In this document: positions 12,971 through 30,384 of the stretch, in pieces
Layout: every line of letters begins with the position of its first letter
Numbering within the stretch: the first letter of the stretch is position 1
Origin: Ranitomeya imitator
Taxonomy: Eukaryota
Direction: 5' to 3'
DNA: 64,000 nt
NCBI RefSeq assembly: GCF_032444005.1
Contig: NC_091288.1
Location: 217,372,001-217,436,000, forward strand
The notes under the pieces: model-generated
The model's database searches: none
What the model was told of the DNA's origin: nothing
The model's input: only the letters and a program-made list of their open reading frames with translations
Program-made: the position numbers and the translations under genes

Positions 12971-15900
12971 TTATTCATCTTTGGCAGACATTCCTCTGAC
13001 TTGTCCTTTTTGCCTCATCTGGGAGAGAAGATAATAAAATCGATGAGTCCTAGAAATAAAAGGACGACTTAAGACCGATCCCCCCCCCCCCCCGCCAAAA
13101 AAAAAAAACGCACCTCGTCGAGTTCTCGCTGCGTCTCGTCTTCCATCCGACGGATGTCGTCCATGTTCAGGTGCACCCACCGGTCCAACGAGCAGAAGAG
13201 CTGGCGGTGAAAGTTGGTGAAGAGGCGCTTCTCTTGCTAGAATACAAAATGTAGAGGTTTTTGTTGAGCCTGAGAGAGGACAGGAAGGAGCAGAAGCTTG
13301 AGCGCAGCTCTGGATGTGAAAGATGGTACTTATGGTAATACACATCACACTCCAGTCACAACCAAAGCTGCTGCTGGACTTCTGCTCCTTCCTATTAGCT
13401 CTCACATTGTGGCTGGATCACTGAATTACATCCTCGTCACATCCAGAGCTGCAATCAAGGTTCTGCTGCTTTCCTGTTAGCTCTCAGGCCAACATCTCAG
13501 GTTCTCTCTCCAGGAGAGGGGTGCATTGTGGGCGTTTAACACTGTAGAGTAGGGTTTCCTACATCCAACATCTCCCACAATGCAATGCTGTAGGAATTCT
13601 GGGAAATCCTTAAAGGGAGTTTTCACCTTGTGGATAAATTTCTCCATTCTGCCCTGAAGACCCCACCACCGGAACTTGACGGTGACCAGCTTGTAGGCAC
13701 ACATGTGAGGGCACGAGGGGTTGTTCAACACTTCTTTCTACAGCCAAGGACCAAAAAGAGGATTAGCTCACTGCGTCCGTGAACCAGGAGGCTCAGGATG
13801 AGCACTGCTGCTCCATGGTACTGTCCATTTAAAGAAAGTGAAAGGATCGTACCATCCAGTCCTTATTTAGGGGACCTCTCCCCGTCTTCTCCGACCTGAA
13901 GGTCGCAGGATCCTCTTCTGGTTTATAGTCCTGTTGAGACACAGTCAGACCTGGGTAAATGTGCAGTCCCACGTCAGGAGGACACAGCCGCAGTCGTTGC
14001 ACTCACATCTTCGGCGATCTCGGAGCGGTCTGCAATGTCGATAGGTACCACCTCCACTTCCTTCCAGGTCTCGGCATCCAGTCCATGGACCTGCAGGGGA
14101 CGGGAAGGTCCGGGAATTAGGGGGCACAAACCTGCATACGGGGGATGGGCGAGGGAAGACTCACGTTTTCCAGGCTTCCAAAATCGGGTTTATGCCAAGT
14201 CTCGATTTTGATGAAGAAGTCGTCTTTCATGTATTCGTTCTGGGGGGAAAAGTCAGGATTAAAAAATATGCAAAAAGCAGCCAGGATTCTCCATAGACCT
14301 CTATGGAACAGCGCCCCCTGCTGACACAACAACATCAGCACACCGGACGGGAGGGACACGCTGCTGCTAGAGGGGAAGTGATGGGACCGGCCCAGGAAAC
14401 GGCCATCACTGCCACAAAAATAACTGGAGGACGAGTCCACCATCCTGAGAGCGAAATCACCACATCCACTCAGGCCACAGCCGTCATCAGCGTACTACAA
14501 TCCCCAGCATGGCTATAAGGGCCAAAATAGCACCAATCCTGTACAGGTGGGGGGATTGGGGGCTCTGCTGTCTGTGACCGCCTGATGTACAATGATCATC
14601 GGTATCAGAACATCTCACACAGGTAGAAACTAAAGATGAGAGAGCGCGAGGAGATGGAGGCAGAGGGGAGAGCGCGAAGAGAGGGAGGCAGAGGGGAGAG
14701 CGCGAGGAGAGGGAGGCAGAGGGGAGAGCGCGAGGAGAGGGAGGCAGAGGGGAGAGCGCGAAGAGAGTGAGGCAGAGGGGAGAGCGCGAGGAGAGGGAGG
14801 CAGAGGGGAGAGCGCGAGGAGAGGGAGGCAGAGGGGAGAGCGCGAGGAGAGGGAGGCAGAGGGGAGAGCGCGAAGAGAGGGAGGCAGAGGGGAGAGCGCG
14901 AGGAGAGGGAGGCAGAGGGGAGAGCGCGAGGAGAGGGAGGCAGAGGGGAGAGCGCGAGGAGAGGGAGGCAGAGGGGAGAGCGCGAGGAGAGGGAGGCAGA
15001 GGGGAGAGCGCGAGGAGAGGGAGGCAGAGGGGAGAGCGCGAGGAGAGGGAGGCAGAGGGGAGAGCGCGAGGAGAGGGAGGCAGAGGGGAGAGCGCGAGGA
15101 GAGGGAGGCAGAGGGGAGAGCGCGAGGAGAGGGAGGCAGAGGGGAGAGCGCGAGGAGAGGGAGGCAGAGGGGAGAGCGCGAGGAGAGGGAGGCAGAGGGG
15201 AGAGCGCGAGGAGAGGGAGGCAGAGGGGAGAGCGCGAGGAGAGGGAGGCAGAGGGGAGAGCGCGAGGAGAGGGAGGCAGAGGGGAGAGCGCGAGGAGAGG
15301 GAGGCAGAGGGGAGAGCGCGAGGAGAGGGAGGCAGAGGGGAGAGCGCGAGGAGAGGGAGGCAGAGGGGAGAGCGCGAGGAGAGGGAGGCAGAGGGGAGAG
15401 CGCGAGGAGAGGGAGGCAGAGGGGAGAGCGCGAGGAGAGGGAGGCAGAGGGGAGAGCGCGAGGAGAGGGAGGCAGAGGGGAGAGCGCGAGGAGAGGGAGG
15501 CAGAGGGGAGAGCGCGAGGAGAGGGAGGCAGAGGGGAGAGCGCGAGGAGAGGGAGGCAGAGGGGAGAGCGCGAGGAGAGGGAGGCAGAGGGGAGAGCGCG
15601 AGGAGAGGGAGGCAGAGGGGAGAGCGCGAGGAGAGGGAGGCAGAGGGGAGAGCGCGAGGAGAGGGAGGCAGAGGGGAGAGCGCGAGGAGAGGGAGGCAGA
15701 GGGGAGAGCGCGAGGAGAGGGAGGCAGAGGGGAGAGCGCGAGGAGAGGGAGGCAGAGGGGAGAGCGCGAGGAGAGGGAGGCAGAGGGGAGAGCGCGAGGA
15801 GAGGGAGGCAGAGGGGAGAGCGCGAGGAGAGGGAGGCAGAGGGGAGAGCGCGAGGAGAGGGAGGCAGAGGGGAGAGCGCGAGGAAAGGGAGGCAGAGGGG

Positions 15901-18847
15901 TGAGCGCGAGGAAAGGGAGGCAGAAGGGAGAGCGCGAGGAAAGGGAGGCAGAGGGGAGAGCGCGAGGAAAGGGAGGCAGAGGGGAGAGCGCGAGGAAAGG
16001 GAGGCAGAGGGGAGAGCGCGAGGAAAGGGAGGCAGAGGGGAGAGCGCGAGGAAAGGGAGGCAGAGGGGAGAGCGCGAGGAAAGGGAGGCAGAGGGGAGAG
16101 CGCGAGGAAAGGGAGGCAGAGGGGAGAGCGCGAGGAAAGGGAGGCAGAGGGGAGAGCGCGAGGAAAGGGAGGCAGAGGGGAGAGCGCGAGGAAAGGGAGG
16201 CAGAGGGGAGAGCGCGAGGAAAGGGAGGCAGAGGGGAGAGCGCGAGGGAAGGGAGGCAGAGGGGAGAGCGCGAGGAAAGGGAGGCAGAGGGGAGAGCGCG
16301 AGGAGCGGGAGGCAGAGGGGAGAGCGCGAGGAGCGGGAGGCAGAGGGGAGAGCGCGAGGAAAGGGAGGCAGAGGGGAGAGAGAGAGGGAAGGGAGCAACA
16401 GCGAGAGAAAAAACGCGGGAAGGGAAGCAGAAAGGAGAGCAAGTGTGGGAAGGGATGCAGAGGGGATAGAGAGAAAAAGTTCACCATCCAGCGAGTGAAA
16501 TCATCACATCTACTCAGGTCACAGCCATCACCAGTGGTCTATAATCCCTAATGTTTATTTAAAAGCCAAAGTACCCCGGATCCTGTACAGGTGGTGGTGG
16601 GGGGGGCTCCGCTGTCTGAGACCACCTGATGTACACTGATCACCGGTATCAGAACATCTCACACAGGAAAAAAAATCATCACGTCACCACAGAGAGAGAC
16701 TGGAGGAGGCTCCCACAGGGATTTATGGCCAGGAGGAGCAGAAAGAGGGAGGAGGAGAAGAAGATACATGGCACAAAACAGCAGCCGGACCAGGAAGGTC
16801 CCACAGCTACATACTGTCCAAGAAACTGAAACCGCGGAGAGGAGGCAGCGCAGAGGGGAGGCGGCGCAGAGGGGAGGCGGCGCAGAGGGGAGGCGGCGAT
16901 CGCGAGAGGGAAATGAGGAAGAGGGGAGAGCATAAGTGCAGACAGGGAGTGAGAGAACTGGGACATGAGGGACTGTGCAGGTAGGCACACAGCGGGTGGT
17001 GCACATTAGAGGGCAGGTAGGCGCACAGCGGGAAGTTACGGCACTGCAAGCAGGTAGGGGCACAGCGGGCAGGGCATATTAGCGGGTGGTGAGGGCACAT
17101 TAGCGGGTGGTGAGGGCACATTAGCGGGCGGTGAGGGCACATTAGCGGGCGGTGAGGGCACATTAGCGGGTGGTGAACATTAGCGGGCAGGTAGGGGCAC
17201 ATTAGCGGGCAGGTAGGGGCACATTAGCGGGCAGGTACGGCACAGCGGGCAGGTACGGCACAGCGGGCAGGTACGGCACAGCGGGCAGGTACGGCACAGC
17301 GGGCAGGTACGGCACAGCGGGCAGGTACGGCACAGCGGGCAGGTACGGCACAGCGGGCAGGTACGGCACAGCGGGCAGGTACGGCACAGCGGGCAGGTAC
17401 GGCACAGCGGGCAGGTACGGCACAGCGGGCAGGTACGGCACAGCGGGCAGGTACGGCACAGCGGGCAGGTACGGCACAGCGGGCAGGTACGGCACAGCGG
17501 GCAGGTACGGCACAGCGGGCAGGTACGGCACAGCGGGCAGGTACGGCACAGCGGGCAGGTACGGCACATTAGCGGGTGGTGAACATTGGCGGGCGGGTAG
17601 GGGCACAGGGGGCGGGTACGGCACAGCGGGCGGTACACATTAGTGGACAGGTACGGCACAGCGGGCGGTACACATTAGTGGGCAGGTACGGCACAGTGGG
17701 CAGGTAGGGCACATTAGTGGGCAGGTATGGCACAGCAGGTGGGTAGGGGCACAGCGGGCAGTTATGGCACAGCAAGCAGGTAGGGGCACAGCGGGCAGGG
17801 AACATTAGCGGGTGGTGAGGGCACAGCGAGCAGGTATGGCACAGCAGCTAGGGCATATTAGCGGGTGGTGACATTAGCAGGCAGGTAGGGGCACATTAGT
17901 GGGCAGGTATGGCACAGCGGGCGGTGCACATTAGCGGGCGGTGCAGACAGGATGCGCTGTATATACTCACAGTGACGACTGATGTCCGGTTGCAGCCGCG
18001 GGAGGGGGGAGAAGAGAGACGACATGGTTACGAGACCCCCGCACACTATTACCTCTCACTATGCAGCCCCCCGACACTCACTGGTGCGGCAGTACGGATA
18101 CGCGTTCCAGGCTTTCTCGTGGAACACCAGCGATCCCTCGGGGGCGATCATCTTCACGAAGCTGGGGACCTTACTGCGAGGCGAGAACACACGTCACCAC
18201 ACGTCTCACCATTCCTGCGAGCGGCGGCCGGTTGCTATGGGTAACGGCGCTCACCTCTGCAGGTGGTAGATCTTGTGGGTGTACTGCCCCTTCTCCCCGT
18301 CGCGCTCGTACGGCTCGTTCTTCAGCACCTCGATGCCCTCCCCTCCCCCGGTGTTGTCCTTACTGGCCTCCGCCACCGAGAACAGCTGCCCGACCTGGTA
18401 CTGGAGAGAGAAGCCGCACGTTACCGGGGCGACCGCCGAAGCCTCCTCATTGGTCAGCGCGCTCTTCGGTCCAAGCTGGTGGCCAACATCGCGGCGGCCG
18501 TAAAGCAGGAGCCTGGATTTAAAGGGGAAGTGTCGCACTTACCTCCTCCACCGAGATGGGCAGAAAGACGCGGCTGGAAGAGAAAAAACGGAGAAAGTCA
18601 GAAGAGTCCAGCGAATCCCAAACCTCCATGTGACGTAACCGGGGGACACCGCCATATTGTGCACATACACTACAGGGGGCAGAACCACAAGCCCCAGCAT
18701 GCCCAGACACTACAGCTGAGCCCCCTCCCATATGTCACCAGCCCCCTCCCTCACCGGGCAGCCCCCCACAGTCCCTACCAGGGGGTCCCCACATGCCCAG
18801 GCCGGCCCGCGGGCCGGGAGCACTCACAATTCCTTAATCAGGACCAT
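12971..18847 (-). CDS. PITPNB-like: Class I phosphatidylinositol transfer protein (PITP beta-like), complete, 271 aa, 11 coding exons
   Basis: Exons 18828-18847, 18543-18573, 18255-18400, 18082-18173, 17971-17978, 14165-14239, 14007-14090, 13853-13930, 13627-13737, 13114-13236, 12971-13018 total 816 nt, all GT-AG. Protein [49 protein letters not shown]...[33 protein letters not shown]...[16 protein letters not shown]...[15 protein letters not shown]. Family certain; paralog assignment needs a tree. Confidence 0.96.
14640..16382. repeat. 28-bp polypurine minisatellite in PITP intron 5
   Basis: Unit GAGGAGAGGGAGGCAGAGGGGAGAGCGC, about 62 near-perfect copies; a GAGGAAAGGG variant block from about 15880. 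Confidence 0.97.
17000..17940. repeat. 18-bp GC-rich tandem repeat with degenerate flanks
   Basis: GCGGGCAGGTACGGCACA perfect at about 17226-17566; related 19-21-bp variants either side. Confidence 0.92.
17971..17978 (-). CDS. 8-nt microexon of the PITP gene
   Basis: cag|TCGTCACT|gtgagt on -; supplies I-V-T and restores frame between the 92-nt and 75-nt exons. Confidence 0.92.
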
Positions 18848-18849
18848 CC

Positions 18850-19190
18850 TTTCCTCCCTCCGCTTCACCAGCCCCTGCAACACAGGCCGGAAACCGGAAA
18901 CCAGGCCGCCCAGGCTGGAGGGAGGGACACATGCTTGTGCTCGGAGGGAGCCGGCGGCCGGTGACGTCACTGTCCAGCGACGCGCAATCTGAAAGTGCTG
19001 TATGTGGCCGCACGGCCGCTGGTTGCTAGGGGGCTGCTTGGTTACTAAGAGCAAGGGGTGCGATGAGCAGAGGGAGATTCAGCCAATAGGAGGAGGAGGA
19101 GGCGGGGCTTGTGCGACAGTTCCCAGAAAACAGCAACAAAAAACGTCAGAAACGAGGTTCCGGTGCGGCTGCAGGAAGGACGTGAGGAGC
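18850..19190 (-). promoter_or_regulatory. CpG-rich PITP promoter/5'UTR
   Basis: High CpG density from about 18000 to 19200; palindromic CRE TGACGTCA 18962-18969, CCAAT 19083-19087, GC box near 19101, tandem CCGGAAA near 18887-18900. Confidence 0.65.
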
Positions 19191-21903
19191 GCGGTGACGT
19201 CACTGCTGTAGTATATCACTTATATCAGGAGAGCGGTGACATCACTGCTGTAGTATATCACTTATATCAGGAGAGCGGTGACATCACTGCTGTAGTATAT
19301 CACTTATATCAGGAGAGCGGTGATGTCACTGCTGTAGTATATCACTTATATCAGGAGAGCGGTGACATCACTGCTGTAGTATATCACTTATATCAGGAGA
19401 GCGGTGACATCACTGCTGTAGTATATCACTTATATCAGGAGAGCGGTGACATCACTGCTGTAGTATATCACTTATATCAGGAGAGCGGTGATGTCACTGC
19501 TGTAGTATATCACTTATATCAGGAGAGCGGTGACGTCACTGCTGTAGTATATCACTTATATCAGGAGAGCGGTGACATCACTGCTGTAGTATATCACTTA
19601 TATCAGGAGAGCGGTGACGTCACTGCTGTAGTATATCACTTATATCAGGAGAGCGGTGACATCACTGCTGTAGTATATCACTTATATCAGGAGAGCGGTG
19701 ACATCACTGCTGTAGTATATCACTTATATCAGGAGAGCGGTGACATCACTGCTGTAGTATATCACTTATATCAGGAGAGCGGTGACGTCACTGCTGTAGT
19801 ATATCACTTATATCAGGAGGGCGGTGACATCACTGCTGTAGTATATCACTTATATCAGGAGCGCGGTGACGTCACTGCTGTAGTATATCACTTATCAGGA
19901 GAGCGGTGACGTCACTGCTGTAGTATATCACTTATATCAGGAGAGCGGTGACATCACTGCTGTAGTATATCATTTATATCAGGAGGGCGGTGACGTCACT
20001 GCTGTAGTATATCACTTATATCAGGAGGGCGGTGACATCACTGTTGTAGTATATCACTTATATCAGGAGGGCGGTGACATCACTGCTGTAGTATATCACT
20101 TATATGAGGAGAGCGGTGACGTCACTGCTGTAGTATATCACTTATATCAGGAGAGTGGTGACATCACTGCTGTAGTATATCACTTATATCAGGAGGGCGG
20201 TGACATCACTGTTGTAGTATATCACTTATATCAGGAGAGCGGTGACATCACTGCTGTAGTATATCACTTATATCAGGAGGGCGGTGACATCACTGTTGTA
20301 GTATATCACTTATATCAGGAGGGCGGTGACGTCACTGCTGTAGTATATCACTTATATCAGGAGGGCGGTGACATCACTGTTGTAGTATATCACTTATATC
20401 AGGAGAGTGGTGACATCACTGCTGTAGTATATCACTTATATCAGGAGGGCGGTGACGTCACTGCTGTAGTATATCACTTATATCAGGAGAGCGGTGATGT
20501 CACTGCTGTAGTATATCACTTATATCAGGAGAGTGGTGACATCACTGCTGTAGTATATCACTTATATCAGGAGAGCGGTGACATCACTGCTGTAGTATAT
20601 CACTTATATCAGGAGTGCGGTGACATCACTGCTGTAGTATATCACTTATATCAGGAGAGCGGTGACATCACTGCTGTAGTATATCATTTATATCAGGAGA
20701 GCGGTGACATCACTGCTGTAGTATATCACTTATATCAGGAGAGCGGTGACATCACTGCTGTAGTATATCACTTATATCAGGAGAGCGGTGACGTCACTGC
20801 TGTAGTATATCACTTATATCAGGAGGGCGGTGACATCACTGCTGTAGTATATCACTTATATCAGGAGGGCGGTGACATCACTGCTGTAGTATATCACTTA
20901 TATGAGGAGAGCGGTGACATCACTGCTGTAGTATATCACTTATATCAGGAGAGCGGTGACGTCACTGCTGTAGTATATCACTTATATCAGGAGGGCGGTG
21001 ACATCACTGTTGTAGTATATCACTTATATCAGGAGAGTGGTGACATCACTGCTGTAGTATATCACTTATATCAGGAGGGCGGTGACGTCACTGCTGTAGT
21101 ATATCACTTATATCAGGAGTGCGGTGACATCACTGCTGTAGTATATCATTTATATCAGGAGAGCGGTGACATCACTGCTGTAGTATATCATTTATATCAG
21201 GAGAGCGGTGACATCACTGCTGTAGTATATCACTTATATCAGGAGAGCGGTGACATCACTGCTGTAGTATATCACTTATATCAGGAGAGCGGTGACGTCA
21301 CTGCTGTAGTATATCACTTATATCAGGAGGGCGGTGACATCACTGCTGTAGTATATCACTTATATCAGGAGGGCGGTGACATCACTGCTGTAGTATATCA
21401 CTTATATGAGGAGAGCGGTGACATCACTGCTGTAGTATATCACTTATATCAGGAGAGCGGTGACATCACTGCTGTAGTATATCACTTATATCAGGAGAGC
21501 GGTGACGTCACTGCTGTAGTATATCACTTATATCAGGAGGGCGGTGACATCACTGCTGTAGTATATCACTTATATCAGGAAGGCGGTGACATCACTGCTG
21601 TAGTATATCACTTATATCAGGAGAGCGGTGACATCACTGCTGTAGTATATCACTTATATCAGGAGAGCGGTGACATCACTGCTGTAGTATATCACTTATA
21701 TCAGGAGAGCGGTGACGTCACTGCTGTAGTATATCACTTATATCAGGAGAGCGGTGACATCACTGCTGTAGTATATCACTTATATCAGGAGAGCGGTGAC
21801 ATCACTGCTGTAGTATATCACTTATATCAGGAGAGCGGTGACATCACTGCTGTAGTATATCACTTATATCAGGAGAGCGGTGACATCACTGCTGTAGTAT
21901 ATC
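19190..21903. repeat. 42-bp minisatellite directly upstream of the PITP promoter
   Basis: Unit ATCAGGAGAGCGGTGAC(A/G)TCACTGCTGTAGTATATCACTTAT, about 64 copies. Confidence 0.97.
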
Positions 21904-22879
21904 CTCATTACTCCCATCAGCACTGTACAGGACAATGATACCTTGGAAATCAGAGAACAGGATGAGGGATTACTGCGGAAACAGAACCTCTAACCCCCAT
22001 CTATTATTCTGGGCGGCACCACTAAGCCTTCCGAGCCCCCCGAATGTTATAAGAGCTATATTCCTGCTCCCACTATCACTTGCTGTCAGTCCACACTGTG
22101 ACTGTCATTCTATTCACTGTTTGAATGAACCTCTTGGCTGCTCTCGTGTGTTCTTATCTGGGGTCACAGTACGCTCCGTCCTCGCTGTGTGGATTTTTGA
22201 TGTTACTTGGAATGAGTCCAATGATAAGAAGCAGCCAGATCTGCGGAATGTTCTAGATGCCCGGGGACAACTCATAGAGTCCCATGGATTCCAGTACCAT
22301 CTATATGCTGATGACACTCAGATCTACCTCTCTGGTCCAGACTCTGCTCTCTGCTGTCCAGAATCCCAGAGTGTCTCTCAGCCATATCCTCCTCCTCCTC
22401 CTCCTCCTCTCGCTTCCTCAACCTCAATGTGGACAAATCTGAACTCATCATCTTTCCTCCATCTCATAGATCTTTCTATACCTGACCTATGTATCACAAT
22501 CAATGACATCACGCCCTCCCCCGTACCGGAAGTCCGCTGCCTCGGAGTAACCCTCAACTCTGCCCTGTCCTTCAAACCGCACATCCAAGCTCTTTCCACC
22601 TCCTGTCGCCTCCAGCTCAAAAATATCTCCAGAATCCGTCCTTTCCTCAACCGTCAATCTACTAAAATGCTTGTGCATCATCTCCTGCCTCGACTACTGC
22701 AACATCCTCCTCTGTGGCCTCCCTGCTAACACCCTTGCACCTCTCCAGTCCATCCTTAACTCTGCTGCCCGACTAATTCATCTCTCTCCTCGCTACTCCT
22801 CCGCTTCCCCCCTCTGCAAATCTCTTCACTGGCTCCCATTCCCTCAGCGTATCCAGTTCACATTACTAATACTGACCTA

Positions 22880-23059
22880 GAAAAATATTTAGAATTGAGA
22901 GTCCTCAGTGGTTGATACCTTTTAATGGCTAACTGAAAAGATGGTAACAAATTGCAAGCTTTCGAGACTACACAGGTCCCTTCATCAGGCAAAGACTAAA
23001 AGAAATTCTAAATGTTTTTCTATCCACTGGCTAACACGGTACCAAGATATATTTCTTTC
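22880..23059 (-). mobile_element. 180-bp non-autonomous insertion with 14-bp TSD carrying a hammerhead motif (retrozyme/Penelope-like derivative)
   Basis: CTAATACTGACCTA at 22866-22879 and 23060-23073; removing the insert plus one copy restores L2 ...[12 protein letters not shown]. Confidence 0.85.
22952..22992 (-). ncRNA. Candidate minimal type I hammerhead ribozyme
   Basis: Minus strand UUGC-CUGAUGA-A-GGGAC(CUGUGUA)GUCUC-GAAA-GCUU-GCAA: conserved core, 5-bp helix II, palindromic AGCU helix III, 4-bp helix I. Activity untested. Confidence 0.7.
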
Positions 23060-23354
23060 CTAATACTGACCTACAAAGCCATCCATAACCTGTCTGCTCC
23101 ATATATCTCTGACCTAATCTCCCGATATCTTCCCTCACGTAATCTCCGGTCCTCCCAAGACCTCCTTCTCTCCTCCACACTTATCAGATCCTCACCCAAC
23201 CGCCTCCAAGACTTCTCCCGAATATCCCCCATCTTCTGGAATTCAGTGCCCCAACACGTCCGACTATCAACCACCCTCGGATCTTTCAGACGGAACCTGA
23301 AAACCCATCTCTTCAGGAAAGCCTACAGCCTGCACTGACCCTGCTGCCTCCTAA

Positions 23355-23965
23355 CCACTACCGAAGCTACCGCCTCACCAACGCCGGAGCTACCGCCTCA
23401 CCAACACCGGAGCCACCGCCTCACCAACACCAGAGATACCGCCTCACCAACACCGGAGCTACCGTCTCACCAACACCGAAGCTACCGCCTCACCAACACT
23501 GAAGCTACCGCCTCACCAACACCGGAGCTACCGCCTCACCAGCACCGGAGCTACCACCTCACCAGCACCGAAGCTACCGCCTCACCACTACCGGAGCTAC
23601 CGCCTCACCAACACCAGAGCTACCGCCTCACCAGCACCGGAGCTACTGCCTCACCACTACCGGAGCTACCGCCTCACCAACACCGGAGCTACCGCCTCAC
23701 CAACACCGGAGCTACCGCCTCACCAACACCGGAGCTACCGCCTCACCCACACCGGAGCTACCGCCTCACCAACACCGGAGCTACCGCCTCACCAACACCG
23801 GAGCTACCGCCTCACCAACACCGGAGCTACCGCCTCACCAACACCGGAGCTACCGCCTCACCAACACCGGAGCTACCGCCTCACCAACACCGGAGCTACC
23901 GCCTCACCAATACCGGAGCTACCGCCTCACCAACACCGGAGCTACCGCCTCACCAACACCGGAGC
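23355..23965. repeat. 23-bp minisatellite in the L2 3'UTR
   Basis: Unit CACCGGAGCTACCGCCTCACCAA, about 26 copies starting just after the L2 stop. Confidence 0.93.
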
Positions 23966-24218
23966 TCCTCCACCCCTCAACTACACATCTACTCTTGGGA
24001 CTCCTGCCTCATTGAAGCTGCTCCTCATATTGAGGCTCCTCCTTCTTGTCCTTATTTAAGCTCCTTCTTGAAGCAGAGTTGCAGTGTAAAGCATAGTGGA
24101 GGAGACAAGTTCTTCCTCTGATTCTTAGAAGGATGCTCCAGAGCTTTCGCCCCATTTATCCCCTCACAGTGTAACAAACAGATGCAAGAAAGAAGTTGCC
24201 GATACAAACTTTTATAAG

Positions 24219-24224
24219 TTTATT
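24219..24224 (-). terminator. Candidate poly(A) signal of SULT gene A
   Basis: TTTATT on + (AATAAA on -), about 550 nt past the stop. Confidence 0.45.
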
Positions 24225-24770
24225 GCAAAAATTAATAATTTTCAGCTGCCATCAGCTTTGACCTCAGGATCTCCGCTTTCTGTCAGTGAGCGGGAACATT
24301 CTAGATTATGCTACAGACCTAGAACTTCAGCTGCTGAGAGTTTGTTACAGTTGTGTCCGGCTTAGGTGATCCTCTGCGAGGTGAACTCATCGGCAGCTCA
24401 GGTGTCGATCTTGTGCTGATACTTTGTTACAGTGTATCAGCGCAGGTAAAATGCATTAGGCTGAAGTCCTGGGTGTTATAAGGGGAGAGAAGGTGCGGAG
24501 ACACTGCATCGTTGCCTACGACCAGGACAAAAGAGGGGGGTATGTAAGGGGCCTGTCCATAGAGGACGTCCGGTGGGGTTTTCCTTTTATGCACAGTAAG
24601 TAGACAAATAGATGGAGCTGCCCTGTCTGTGGCAGCTCAGCATCAGGCGCTGTATACCATGGCGTCCGGGGGAGCCGCAGTAGCCGTACGTAGGACTAGA
24701 GCAGAAGCTGTGGAAGTGATTGACAGCAAGCAGAGATCTTCGAAACATCAGTGAACTCTTCTGTGCGCCG

Positions 24771-30216
<5,446 letters not shown>

Positions 30217-30384
30217 CCTGAGCTCCGCAGTCGCCTCTCTGCCCCGGCTCCGCTCTCACCGCGCCGCATCCCGGAGAAATATAAGGGACATAACCGGCTA
30301 CGTCACAGAGGGTGTGAAGAGGCGAGAACGGGGCAGAGCCGGGGCGGCAACGACACATGCAGCAGAGCCGGGAATGTCCTGCAC

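Larger units (their letters stand above)
22261..23340 (+). mobile_element. 5'-truncated, frameshifted L2-clade LINE (RT C-terminus)
   Basis: [73 protein letters not shown]; same family as the L2 at 51493-55355. Confidence 0.93.

Noticed and set aside
14487-16487. 666-aa, 597-aa and Arg/Glu/Gly-rich 378-aa ORFs
   Set aside because: Low-complexity read-through of the 28-bp purine array in PITP intron 5.
19109-21903. CRISPR-like regular arrays (also 1-1775, 30385-32650)
   Set aside because: No unique spacers, no cas genes, eukaryotic context; simple head-to-tail repeats.
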